Part shown: positions 13,160-25,647 of the stretch, one piece after another
How positions within the stretch are numbered: the first letter of the stretch is position 1
How the letters are laid out: every line of letters starts with the position of its first letter
Assembly: GCF_006345805.1 (NCBI RefSeq)
Contig: NC_043008.1
Span: 53,382,001-53,446,000 of the forward strand
From: Octopus sinensis
Taxonomy: Eukaryota
Length of the DNA stretch: 64,000 bases
Reading direction: 5' to 3'
Notes under the pieces: generated by a model
The model's database searches: none
Seen by the model: the letters and a program-made list of their open reading frames with translations, nothing else
What the model was told of the DNA's origin: nothing
Program-made: the position numbers and the translations under genes

Positions 13160-13880
13160 CGACATCGGTAAACAGACGACATCGACCCAACCCCAGTGAT
13201 CAACTGTTACTTTTTTTATCGACCTCGAAAGGATGAAAGACAAAGTCGACCCCGGCGAAGGAAAATACTATGAAATATTCGTTTCAAATTTTGGCTGGGG
13301 GCTAGCAACTGTTGGAGAGGGATCGGTTGGTGCTTATTTTATCGACTCCGAAATGCAAAGTCGAACTCAGTGGAAGAAAATAAATCTTTCTACAATAGGT
13401 ACAAGGCCTAGAATTTATAGGGAGCGGGTAAGTCGATCACATCAATCCCAGTACTTGACTGGTACTTGATTTATCGATTCCGAAAGGATGAAAGACAAAG
13501 TCAACTGTAGCCGAGGAAAATACTATGAAATATTCATTTCAAATTTTTGCTGGGGGCTAGCAACTGCGGGAGAGGGAGTAAGTCGATTACACCGACCCCG
13601 GGGATCGGTTGGTGCTTATTCCATCGACTCCGAAATGTAAAGTCGAACTCAGCGGAAGAAAATAAACCTTTCTACAATAGGCTCATGGCCTAAAATTTGT
13701 AGGGAGCGGGTAAGTCGGTCACATTGACCCCTGTACTTGACTGGTACTTAATTTATAGACTCCGAAAGGATGAAAGACAAAGTGACCACGGCGGAGTTTT
13801 ACCTCCATATTTTGCCCGTCTTTACGTTCTAAGGCATTTTGTCCGGCGTCTTAGGATTCTGCCAGCTCAACGCCTGAACG
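13160..13880 (-). mobile_element. cluster of SINE family D with a local ~250 bp tandem duplication
   Basis: GGATGAAAGACAAAGTC...GGAAAATACTATGAAATATTC...GCTGGGGGCTAGCAACTG occurs twice (about 13231 and 13486). Confidence 0.8.
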
Positions 13881-13954
13881 GAAGAGAATAAAGAAAAATG
13901 TTAAAATTCTATAAATATCAGCTTCTCTTGCTAATCAACAATACAAATTTGCAT

Positions 13955-14119
13955 AGGCGTAGGAGTGGCTGTGTGGTAAGTAGCTTGCTAACCAACCACA
14001 TGGTTCCGGGTTCAGTCCCACTGCGTGGCACCTTGGGCAGGTGTCTTCTACAATAGCATTGGGCCGACCAAAGACTTGTGAGTGGATTTGGTAACTGAAA
14101 GAAGCCCTTCATATATATG

Positions 14120-14162
<43 letters not shown>

Positions 14163-14382
14163 ATGTTTGTGGGTCTGTGTTTGTCACCCCAACATCGCTT
14201 GACAACCGATGCTGGTGTGTTTACGTTCCCTTAACCTAGCGGTTCGGCAAAAGTGACCGATAGAATAAATACTAGGCTTACAAAGAATAAGTTCTGAGGT
14301 CGATTTGCTCGACTAAAGGCGGTGCTCCAGCATGGCCACTGTCAAATGACTGAAACAAGTAAAAGAGTAAAAAAAAAGAGTA
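13955..14382 (+). mobile_element. SINE family C, full length
   Basis: tRNA-like head GGCGTAGGAGTGGCTGTGTGGTAAGTAGCTTGC, CORE-like GGCACCTTGGGCAGGTGTCTTCTAC, internal (TA)/(TG) repeat, tail GAAACAAGTAAAAGAGTA. Possibly the octopus OK SINE (not verified). Confidence 0.9.
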
Positions 14383-14747
14383 TATGTTAATATCCCTTGT
14401 AAGCTACACAATACATTATAAGTGGTCCGGGCATGTTTTATAAACACACCTTTAGTTTTGCAAAGCTTTTTACTTTCTATCCACAAACCTACGCCCATAG
14501 GTTAATTCATATATCCACCAACAAACAGAGATGGAAATGGGGAAAACAAATGCTAGTTATTGAGAGAAATTTTTATAAGAAATAGGAATGTAACCTGTTT
14601 TCTGTCTCTCTCTCTGTGTCTCTTTCTGTCTGCCTGTCTGTGTCTGTGTGTCTCTCTTTCTCTCTTTAACGAAGTAAGCATTTAACTCATGAAGCGAAGA
14701 TAACCAAGCAAGACTAGTTGAGCTGTATATCCGTTTGTTTTGCGAGT

Positions 14748-15070
14748 GAAGGCGCATGGCTTAGTGGTTAGGGCATTCGGCTGACGATTGTAAGGTCGTG
14801 AGTTCGATTCCCGGCGATGCGTTGTGTCCTTGAGCAAGACACTTTATTTCACGTTGCTCCAGTCCACTCAGCTGGCAAAAATGAGTTGTACCTGTATTTC
14901 AAGGGGCCGGCCTTGTCACACTCTGTGTCACGCTGAATCTCCCTGAGAACTACGTTAAGGGTACTCGTGTCTGTGGAGTGTTCAGCCACTTGCACGTTAA
15001 TTCCATGAGCAAGCTGTTCCGTTGATCGTATCAGCTGGGACCCTCGTCGTCGTAACCGACGGAGTGCTCC
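14748..15070 (+). mobile_element. SINE family B, full length
   Basis: Head GAAGGCGCATGGCTTAGTGGTTAGGGCATTCGG; shares its 3' half (CTACGTTAAGGGTAC...CGTCGTAACCGACGGAGTGC) with family A. Confidence 0.85.
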
Positions 15071-15375
15071 TACCTAACCATGTTTTGCGAGAAAATGTCA
15101 AGCAACATTTCTTCTAGAATTTTACGTTTTGAGTTCAAACCTCGACAAAGTTAATTTCCCCTTGCCTTTATTCGGGATCGTTAAAATCAAATATTAGTCA
15201 AATACGAGGGACAACAATATCAATTAACCCTCTACTCCAAAACATCACCTGTCTTTCTTTCCAAAATTATTAATTCTTTCAACATTTGCAGCAATAGTTC
15301 GGTATGAAAGAAGACCTAACAGTATTACCAAAGAAATACTAATGCTAGCTCAGCGAAAATGTAGTGATACAGTTG

Positions 15376-15761
15376 GAGGCGCAATGGCCCAGTGGTTAGG
15401 GCAGCGGACTCGCGGTCATAGGATCGCGGTTTCGATACCCAGACCGGGCGTTGTGAGTGTTTATTGAGCGAAAACACCTAAAGCTCCACGATGCTCCGGC
15501 AGGGGATGGTGGTGATCCCTGCTGTAATCTTTCACCACAACATTCTCTCACTCTTACTTCCTGTTTCTGTTGTACCTGTATTTCAAAGGGCCGGCCTTGT
15601 CACTCTCTGTGTCACGCTGAATATCCCCAAGATACTACGTTAAGGGTACACGTGTCTGTGGAGTGCTCAGCCACTTACACGTTAATTTCACGAGCAGGCT
15701 GTTCCGTTGATCGGATCAACCGGAACCCTCGTCGTCGTAACCGACGGAGTGCTTCCATTCC
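15376..15761 (+). mobile_element. SINE family A, full length with 13-bp TSD
   Basis: Flanked by AGTGATACAGTTG at 15363-15375 and 15762-15774. Confidence 0.95.
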
Positions 15762-16004
15762 AGTGATACAGTTGTAAAGGCATAGGCTGGAAGTCTAAGT
15801 TTGTATCAAGGAAGGTTACTGAATCGATATATTCCTGTTCTGTTAAGTTTATGTGACTAACGTTTAGTATTTGAAATTGTTGACTGGTGAAATATATATA
15901 TATATATATAACAGCATGTTCGATATATAGATGTTTTCTTGTCTGGGAATAGAAACTTTTTTCTTTAGATGTTTAAGCAGATAGCTAAAAAAAAACGTGA
16001 AGAA

Positions 16005-16069
<65 letters not shown>

Positions 16070-16577
16070 CTCTATCTATCTATCTATCCAATCCATTCAC
16101 CAATCCATCCATCAGCCTGTTTGCCTATCTGTCTGTCTGTCTGTTGTCTCTCAGTCAATCTGTTTGTCGACCTACCAATCTACCTATCTGTCTATCTGTA
16201 TGTCTGTTTCTGTATGCATGTATGTATGTATGTCTATATCTATATATCAGTTTATCTACATAACCATATATATACACTCATATATGTAAGTAAATGCGTA
16301 CATATACATACAGACATATACATACAGGCACAGACACGCAGATATATGTAGATATGTATATGTAATCTTGAGTGTACAATGTACACACACACACACACAC
16401 ACATACACACACACACATACACCACACACACATACACCACACACATACACACACACACATATATATTTTCATACATACAAACATATATATATATATATAT
16501 GGATTTATATATATGTGTGTGTATATGAATATATATATATACGCATGCACACATACATACACTCGTGCATGTGTATC

Positions 16578-16616
<39 letters not shown>

Positions 16617-17311
16617 ACATACACACACACACATATGTATATGCATACATACACACATAAATATGTTCATACAGGCATGCATACAATTTGAAGGCTAACT
16701 CTTTTGTTATTCATAACAAGCATGGTAATAATCAATTACTGATTTATTCCTGTCTGGAATTATTCCTTTTAATGCCTAACATCATTAACACGAAAACGCT
16801 TACACGTCCCTCAGCCCCCACGTATATATATATACACACAGATATCTCTCTCTATACATATGTATACATCGATATACATATATTTGTATATCTATGTATA
16901 TATATAAGCATATGTATGCACACATATATTACGTTACAGTATATTTGTGTCGGTGTGTGTGAGGAGGCTCTGTGACTCTTGTGTTCCTGCGTTGTGCTTT
17001 TCGAAAATAAAACATTTACAACTTCTATTTAAAATACTATGTAATGGAACAAGATAAACTTTGATATCAACACGGAAATTACATATTAATAAATTAGTTT
17101 AATCTGCTGAGTATTGATAGAAAATTGTTAATTATTCAAACAACTGTGAAATTATCGTTTGGGAGGTATTTGGCCTTCAGCGGAAATTTCTTGAGGCCGC
17201 CATTATTTGAAAACACATCTCTTATTACGTTCTCTGACTAATTGCTTTTAAATTATTAGTATTGATGAACCACGTAATGAGCTGAATTCTAGCCATGGAA
17301 AGAGCAATTCC

Positions 17312-17387
<76 letters not shown>

Positions 17388-17689
17388 GTGCGTATACGTG
17401 CATTTATATGTGTATATATATATAATACATAATAACTACATATATATATATATATACATATAAATATATATATGTGCGTATACACATACACACATGCGTA
17501 AGAATGTATATATGTATATATTATGCATGTTCATATAAATGTATGTATATACACAATCGCTGCCACGCACATATACAGACACACACTCTCCTATATTCAC
17601 AGATAACCCACACAAAGTTACATGCGGGCGTACACACACAAGCACACAAAAATATATACACTGCAGTAATAAAAAAACTATACAAAACG

Positions 17690-18332
17690 CATTAGTGAAG
17701 TCGTTAAGCCATCGAACGAAATGCTTTGCGGTATTTATTCGGACATATTGCGGTTCACAGAGTTCAAAACCCGCCGAGGTCACCATTGTCATTTATATTT
17801 CAGGGGCATTGAATAAAGAGCAAGGCGTTGGATTGCAGAGCATGTACGTAAAAAACATCATTGGCACCGCTTTTTCTTCTTATTAAACAATTAAAATAAT
17901 TATTTTCTACTCTAGGCACAAGGCCCAAAATTTTGGGGGTGGGGCAGTCGATTAGATCGATCCTAGTACGCAACTGGTACTTAATTTATCGACCCCGATA
18001 GGATAAAAGACAAAGGTGACCTCGGCGGAATTTGAACTCAGAACGTAAAGGTAGACGAAATACTGCTAAGCATTTCGTCCGGCGTGCTAACGTTTCTTAT
18101 TTCTTTATTGCCCACAAGGGGCTAAGCATAGAGGGGACAAACAAGGACAGACAAAGGGATTAAGTCGATTACATCGACCCCAGTGCGTAACTGGTACTTA
18201 TTTAATCGACCCCGAAAGGATGAAAGGCAAAGTTGACCCCGGCGGAATTTGAACTCAGAACGTAGTGGCAGACGAAATACCACAAAGCATTTCGTCCTAC
18301 GTGCTAATGGTTCTGCTAGCTCGCCGCCTTTA
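17690..18332. mobile_element. SINE family D cluster (decayed + copy, then - strand dimer)
   Basis: GAGTTCAAA..CCGCCGAGGTC / TTTCATCCTTTCGGGGTCGAT..AATAAGTACCAG motifs. The central domain resembles the Meta-SINE domain (inference). Confidence 0.8.
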
Positions 18333-18456
18333 ACTAAAATAAAATTAAATAAGCCAATAATGGAAGTAAATATAGAATTATGAAGAGATTATACATGCAT
18401 GCTTGTGTGTGCGAGTGGACAAAGAGGAAAAGCTCTCTCTCTCTCTTAACCCCCCC

Positions 18457-18487
<31 letters not shown>

Positions 18488-19137
18488 ATTTAGCAAGTAA
18501 ATGAATATATATTATGATGAACGCGACATTCTGTCTGTCTGTCCGTCAGAGACCCCTGTACCTCAGTTTACGTTTGTTCTACAGAGATATTTACCTTTTT
18601 GAAATCAGGATTATCGCACGATAGATAATCTGCCCTTCATTTGGTTCTTAAATATCCAGCGTTGGGATCATGTCGGAATGAGGATTTGTTACATGCTGAC
18701 TGTTGGAAATTCAAATTTTGAAAGAACTCCAAATATTTGTGAACCTAGAAGTTTTTCATTTAAACTGAATTTAAAGTAATACCAAAACTTTGTGAATTTA
18801 GAAAGTATTTTCAATTCAGTTCATTCAAAACTAGATCCAAGATAGAGTGGGAAGTTTGGTGTTCCTGAGGTTTTCAAGTTCCGCGGGGTTTGTGAAATGT
18901 AGCGACCGGAAGGTAATATTGAAAAACTGAAACTTTCGGCCCAAATCGGACTTCTGGCCCAAATCGGATTTTCGGCCCAAATCGGACTTCCACCCAAAAC
19001 TGATTTCGGCCAGATCGAACTTCCGACCGGATCGGACTTTCAGCGGAGTCAGTTTATTCAGAGGTTTAGATGCTATAAGATTTGCAGCTTGGCTACTGGT
19101 CTGGGAAATGGAGGCATTCAGCAAGATAATACTCATT

Positions 19138-19557
19138 AAGGCGGTGACCTGGCAGAAATGTTAGCACGCCGGGTGAAATGCTTAGCGGTATTTTGTCTGC
19201 CGTTACGTTCTGAGTTCAAATTCCGCCGAGGTCGACTTAGCCTTTCATCCTTTCGGGATCGATAAACTAAGTACCAGTTACGCACTGGGGTCGATCTAAT
19301 CGACTTAATCCGTTTGTCTGTCCTTGTTTGTCATCTCTGTGTTTAGCCCCTTGTGGGTAGTAAAGAAATAGATATTTCGTCTGCCGTTACGTTCTGAGTT
19401 CAAATTCCGCCGAGGTCGACTTTGGCTTTCATCCTTTCGGAGTCGGTAAATTATGTACCAGTTGTGCACTGGGGTCGATATAGTCGACTTAATCCGTTTG
19501 TCTGTCCTTGTTTGTCTTCTCTGTGTTTAGCCCTTTGTGGGCAATAAGGAAATAAGA
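19138..19557 (+). mobile_element. SINE family D dimer nested in the Helitron
   Basis: Head GGCGGTGACCTGGCAGAAATGTTAGCACGCCGGG; 3' unit repeated with junction at 19371/19372. Confidence 0.9.
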
Positions 19558-19589
19558 TAGTATTGGAGACATGCTGTGGCATTTTGGTA

Positions 19590-20220
19590 GAAATGATGAT
19601 TACACAAGTTTACCCAAACATTGGGCATAATTTTCAATATCATGATTGGCTGTAATTGCACCAAAGAATGAAAGTTGTCAATTGAAATCTAATGCAATCA
19701 ATTAATACTGAGGAAAAAAATTATTTCTCAATCGATACCGTTGTGGACCAAAATGAGGCTGTGAATTATCCTATCGAGTTTCGTAACTGTATGGGTCCTC
19801 CTGGAATGCCTTCTTACAAACTGACATTGAAGAAAGCAGTTCTACTCATGCTTTAGAGAAATCTGGATCCCCAAAACTGTGCACTGGAACAAAACTGATT
19901 GTCAGGCAAATGCATCCATATCTTTTGGAAGTAACGATCCTCACTGGACAAGGAAAGGGAGAAAATGTGTTTATTCCAAGATATCCACTGATTCTTTGAA
20001 TTCAAGAGACTTCAATTTCCAGTAGGAGTTAGTTTCCAATATCAATCAACAAGATTCAAAGACAATCACTGAAACTTGTTGGACTTCACCTCATGTAGCA
20101 GTGCTTTCCTCATGGTCAGATCTAAGCTGGTTGTTCTTGAGTCGGAAATGGCAACAATCTCTTCATACTCACCCCAAATGGTAAACCAAGAATGATGTTT
20201 ATCCTACTGCTTTACAATGA
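19590..20220 (+). pseudogene. Helitron RepHel Pif1-family helicase C-terminus, frameshifted
   Basis: SIDTVVDQNEAVNYPIEF...GPPGMPSYKLTLK...RNLDP.KLCTGT.LIV...ILTGQGKGENVFIPR...FKRLQFPV...SINK.Q.QSLK.VG...CFPHGQ...VYPTALQ*. Confidence 0.92.
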
Positions 20221-20345
20221 TCGCCAAATGTCACAGCGATACAAAATTCTCCAAATGTGATACAATCTGCTATAAATCTAAGCTGGGTTAGACCTCCGCA
20301 GGAGTTAGGTTTAAAATCCGCACGAAATGCGGATTTTCAGCTAGT

Positions 20346-20557
20346 ATATACTCTTTTACTCTTTTACTTGTTTCAGGCATTTGACTGTGGCCATGCTGAA
20401 ACACTGCCTTTAGTCGAGCAAATCGACCCCAGGACTTATGTTTTGTAAGCTTAGTACTTATTCTATCGGTCTCTTTTGCCGAACCGGTAAGTTACGGGGA
20501 CGTATACACACCAGCATCGGTTGTCAAGCGATATTGGGAACAAGCACAGACACAAAA

Positions 20558-20633
<76 letters not shown>

Positions 20634-20823
20634 ACACATATATATATATATATACATATATACGACGGGCTTCTTTCAGTTTCCGTCTACTAAATCCACT
20701 CACAAGGCTTTGGTCGGCCCGAGGCTATAGTAGAAGACACTAGCCCAAGGTGCCACGCAGTGGGACTAAACCCGGAGCCCTGTGGTCGGTAAGTAAGCTA
20801 CTTACCACACAGCCACTCTGCGC
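20346..20823 (-). mobile_element. SINE family C, full length with expanded (CA)n
   Basis: Reverse complement of 13955-14382; internal (CA)n about 20563-20638. Confidence 0.9.
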
Positions 20824-20854
20824 CTATTATATATATATATATTATATATATATA

Positions 20855-20962
20855 AAACTGCATAGGACACCATCAGCGTTGGGGAGACCAAATGTGAGAT
20901 GTTTGGGCTCGGTCACGTTTCAACCATATATACATATATATATGTATATATAATATATATAT

Positions 20963-21017
<55 letters not shown>

Positions 21018-21088
21018 GGTTGACACGTGACCGAGCCCAAACATCTCACAGTTGGTCTCCCCAACGCTGATGGTGTCCTATGCAGTTT
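20855..21088. repeat. inverted repeat, 71-bp arms around (TA)n
   Basis: 20855-20925 is the reverse complement of 21018-21088 with 2 mismatches. Confidence 0.95.
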
Positions 21089-21345
21089 CTAATTCCTGCA
21101 AGGCTTTTAGAAGTTATCTTACACTAGCCAAAAGTCATCCCCCCCACCAGTAATATCCCAGCCGTCTCGATGCTGGGGGCCTACAATACCCAATGTATCC
21201 ATTGGCCGACTCACAAGCACAGCAAGACAAGGTGCACGAGCGATCAAGCCGGATGTTTCATTGGTAGACAGAGGTTCCCCCGTGTCTACGCTAGTGCCTG
21301 AGTAGGTCTGCCTTTGAGAAGCAAACACGACAATACTGGTCATAC
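21089..21345 (-). mobile_element. possible LINE 5'UTR / endonuclease start (RTE-like)
   Basis: GC-richer segment leading into an NVRCL-like stretch resembling the APE start motif (W)NVRTL. Weak. Confidence 0.3.
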
Positions 21346-21529
21346 GGAAGAGTTTATTTTATGCCCTTCACTGGAAGAAGGCGTACGAGTGGCTCTGTGG
21401 TAAGTAGCTTGCCCACCAATCACTGCATGGCACCTTGGGAAAGTGTCTTCTATTATAGCCTCGGACCGACCAAAGCCTTGTGAGTGGCGGGGGGGGGGCA
21501 AACACAGACATGCAAATACATATTATATA

Positions 21530-22010
21530 TATATGGTGGCTGTCTACTCCTTATGCAGTCTGACCACCTTCTATACCTACACCTTAGATTCATTTTGGTG
21601 TCTGATGTGGCTTTTGAAACCAAACAATGTTTTGAAAAGTCATCCACATAGATTATATATCTGATTTAGACCACCAAGAGCTACAGTTAAGTTCTGGTAT
21701 TTGTAGATCTTAAAATATAATTTTGAGGTCTCCGTCAGATTTGCAGACCTTAAGGCATACATAGCATTGAAAGGTATGAACATAGCATTGAAAGGTATGT
21801 CGGCAGAATACTTGATGGATGTTCGTTTTTCATGGGTCTGCAAGTGAGATTTGAACTCGGCAAAAGAGAGGCATGGTCCGTCACAAACTGTGCATGCAAA
21901 AAGAGGTCATTGTGATTCACCTTATCGATCGTAACATTCTTCATTAAATCTCTTTTGAGTTTTGCATGCGTTTTCCTGGCCTCTTCAACTGCCTTCACTC
22001 CACTCCACAC
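21530..22010 (-). mobile_element. RTE-clade LINE 3' end with two decayed C2H2-like fingers
   Basis: WSGVKAVEEARKTHAKLKR; FACTVCDGPCLSFAEFKSHLQTH; ..FKTLFGFKSHIRH; terminus GACAGCCACCATAT matches the GACAGCCATCAT end at about 63912-63923. Confidence 0.7.
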
Positions 22011-22279
22011 TTTTCAATACATATACATATATGTATGTACGTGTATTTATATACGTACATATACGTACGTATATGTGTGCGTGTATGCGTGTATTTGTGT
22101 GTGTGCGCGCGTGTATAATCATCGATTCTTCTCTGAAATATTTATTAAACCCAAATTAAAATGCCAAAGAGGTGACATTTCTCTAATGAATTATCAATAT
22201 ATATCAAGTTTATTAGAAAATGTCAAGAGACAATTTGTGCGTTTGGTACCACAAAGTACATAATAGCAATTACTATATT

Positions 22280-22284
22280 TGTTG

Positions 22285-22315
<31 letters not shown>

Positions 22316-22346
22316 CGTTATTATTGTTATTATTATTGCTATTATC

Positions 22347-22399
<53 letters not shown>

Positions 22400-22407
22400 C
22401 ATTATTA

Positions 22408-22452
<45 letters not shown>

Positions 22453-22535
22453 TTATTATTATTATCATTATTATTATTATCATTATTATTATTACTATTC
22501 TTCTTCTTCTTCTTATTATTATTATTATTATTAAT
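22280..22535. repeat. (ATT)n microsatellite
   Basis: Direct array; source of the poly-N/L/I/Y ORFs. Confidence 0.95.
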
Positions 22536-22791
22536 ATTTTGTAAATAAAAACTAAACCATATTGATTGCAATTAGTAATAAACTTTGAACGGAAAAATAT
22601 TCATTCTGAAATTAGTATTTTTACAATTTCAGAATTTGTGATAGAGTTATTTTTGTCAAACTTCGGGTCAGAGTTTTAAGTTCATCGTCCTGTGTATATT
22701 AAGGCAAAATCAGTTATCCGGTTAGGCTTATTGGCAGAGTCGAACACCACCACACCTATCTATCTATCTTATATCTGTTTGCCTGCCTTAT

Positions 22792-22898
22792 ACCTGTCAG
22801 CAGCTTCTTATACCATAGCAGCACCTACTCCTGTTTCAGCTTTAGTACATTCATCTACTTTGGTTACAGCAGGAGTGTATTTATTAATTTGATTTTAT
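22792..22898 (+). pseudogene. nad5: NUMT: mitochondrial NADH dehydrogenase subunit 5 fragment
   Basis: 22815-22898 translates in the invertebrate mitochondrial code as [25 protein letters not shown](W)FY, the conserved ND5 motif, with ATA at the conserved Met. Upstream LSAA is interrupted by a 9-bp duplication. Confidence 0.9.
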
Positions 22899-23011
22899 AT
22901 CTGTCTGTCTATTTATCAATCGCTATCTACCTATCTCTCTGTCTTTCTGTCTCTGTCTGTCACTCAGTCTGTCTCTCTCCCTCTCTCCCTCTCTCACTCT
23001 CTCTCTCTCAC

Positions 23012-23072
<61 letters not shown>

Positions 23073-23317
23073 TTATCCATCTATCTGTTTGTCTATCTAT
23101 CTATATATCTATCTATCTATATATCTATCTATCTATTTCGTCCTTTGTTCGATTAGGGTGCGTGATGTATGTATGTATCTTGCAAGGAGTTCAACATTTT
23201 CAATTTCGATTGAATCCTATCGACGGAGGGTAAGCATGTATACACACACACACACATAAGCACACATACATACATACGTATATACATGTATATTTTATAC
23301 GTATATAATATATATAT

Positions 23318-23389
<72 letters not shown>

Positions 23390-23390
23390 G

Positions 23391-23702
23391 TGGAGGTGCA
23401 ATGGCCCAGTGGTTAGAGCAGCGGACTCGCAGTCGTAGGATCACAGTTTCGATTCCCAGACTGTGCGTTGTGAGTGTTTATTGAGCGAAAACACCTACAG
23501 TTCCACTAGGCTCCGGCAGGGTGGGGTGGGGGTTGCGATCTCTGTTGTACTCTTTCGCCACAACTTTCTCTCATCCTTTCTTCTGTTGGCCTGCTCACTT
23601 AGCCAGCGGGGTGGCGTCATTTGAAGGCTAAAACAATGCGAAGCGCATTGTGACCAGCAATGTGCAGCAACATCTGATAGACAGTCGGTCACGGTGATCA
23701 CG

Positions 23703-23705
<3 letters not shown>
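23391..23705 (+). mobile_element. SINE with family A head and an alternative 3' tail
   Basis: Head GGAGGTGCAATGGCCCAGTGGTTAGAGCAGCGGACTCGC; tail TTAGCCAGCGGGGTGGCGTCATTTGAAGGC differs from 15376. An extra head-only copy lies at 23754-23823. Confidence 0.8.
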
Positions 23706-23750
<45 letters not shown>

Positions 23751-25069
23751 ATAGTGGAGGCGCAATGGCCCAGTGGTTAGGGCAGCAGACTCGCGGTTGA
23801 AGGATCGTGGTTTCGATTCCCAGATATATGTATATATATATAGATAGATACATACATATGTTTGTTGTTGTTGTGTGTGTGTAGGAATGCCAATGTGCGT
23901 TTGTGTGCGGAGATAGATGAAGAGATAAATAGAGAGAAGGATGAGGCGTGGATAGGAAATAATAATATTCATATTGCACCTTGTAAGGTATTTAAACTTT
24001 AAAAGGTGTGACGTTGAGTATTTGTAGATTCATTGAAATACGTGCGATATGAAGGATACCAAATAAGGATATAAATTAAGAAAGAACGCATTGAAATCAA
24101 AGCGCTGCACTGATATATTCGCTACATAAATTGGAAGGTAAGTGGGAGTTTAAACAAAGCGGAAATTTCTAGAGTGAAGATGGAAGGATATAATTATAGT
24201 GCTTTAAAATTAATTATAAAGGTTCTTAATAAAAACAAGCTTAAATCATATTTGAATAATAAATCAAATATGTCTTTCTTAAAGGGGAAATAATTACTCT
24301 TATTAATGTACCGTATACATTAGATCAGCAATAATTACATATAGTATTGAAACTTGCATAAGCGGTAATTATTGTCTTTTTTAATCAATGGGTTTCGATC
24401 ATTAGCTGTAATATTGAATGATTTATTCTGAAGTATAATAAAAATTTTCATATTTGTTTTGGTTTCAGGATGAATTTTTAAAAAAATACCCGAGAATTAA
24501 AGTTAAGAATATTTTATAAAAATGAATGCCATGCAAATTCTTATGAGGAATAATTGTATTTTCTGTCTATTCTATTTTAGTCTTAAAATTTACAGTGCGT
24601 TAAATGTAAGAGAATGTGTTATGATTTATAAGAGAATCTGTTATGGTTTAAGTTGTGTCGCAGCGGAGCGTGAGAATATGATAATGCGCAACTCTTAAAA
24701 GTGCTGATCTCAATGTAATACAAAACAATTGGATACACGATGGCTATACAAATAGCTGCTACTAAAACTAATTAATTATGCAAACCTTGGCTTGGGTTTA
24801 TGCTTGGATGGTAGTAAGTAATTTGCGAAACTTGAGGAAATTGTAAATTGAATTTTAATGGTAAGTACACCCCCTTAATACACAATATTTTACTGAATGG
24901 TGTAATGTCATCTTTTGTTTAATGAAGAAATGGTTTTTAAAATTCATAGATTTATTGAAGCTTATTGTAGATTAAAAAGCTAATTTTTAAAAATACATGT
25001 AATTTTCGTGAGGGTGCACGATCTAATGTCTAGGCTGTTCAAATCGTGAGATCGTAGCTTCAGTTCCTT

Positions 25070-25101
<32 letters not shown>

Positions 25102-25616
25102 AAGCAACAAGACGAATGAGGGTGATTAGGTGATGGTCTAGGGCTTAGGGGTGGGAGACCCCAGACCTTGGAAAAAGAACTTTGGTCGTCATGTAGTGTT
25201 GTATTTTTTAATCAATAGGTTTCGATCATTAGTCGTAATATTGAATGTCAATTTGTTGTAGGCTTCAGTTCCTTTAAAAGTGGTCCATAGTGTTCTTGAG
25301 TAAACAGCTCATCTCACGTTGCCCTGCGGTCACTTCGAAATCTGACGCGTGGTTGACTGCACCTATTAAGGGAACGCCAGTTTGCTGGGAGCGAGCTAAT
25401 ATTCAACACATACTTTTGATCACTATAAACAAATCAGTTGTGAAAATTATTTGCGAAGGTTGTTCAGCAGAACAGCCTTTTTCGGACCACGACAGACGAC
25501 CAGCATTATATAATTTTTCAGAGTGAAGATTAATAATCTATAATGAGTGAATAAGAGGTAAAGCTATACACTTTTAATATATATATCTGCATGCAAGCAT
25601 TCATTATGTATATATA

Positions 25617-25647
<31 letters not shown>

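Larger units (their letters stand above)
18468..20344 (+). mobile_element. Helitron (internally deleted) with helicase remnant
   Basis: 3' hairpin AAAATCCGCA-CGAAA-TGCGGATTTT (20313-20337), then CTAG (20341-20344) followed by T. Pif1-like helicase remnant upstream. The 5' end (TC-TATATA...CTGTCTGTCTGTCCG) is approximate. Confidence 0.8.

Noticed and set aside
17804-17843. 40-nt exon-like segment GALNKEQGVGLQS with AG/GT boundaries
   Set aside because: It aligns collinearly with the decayed SINE D central domain, so the splice-like signals are probably incidental.
18934-19040. CRISPR-like array or neuropeptide precursor
   Set aside because: Units are contiguous with no spacers; there is no signal peptide or dibasic cleavage pattern; the array lies inside a Helitron.
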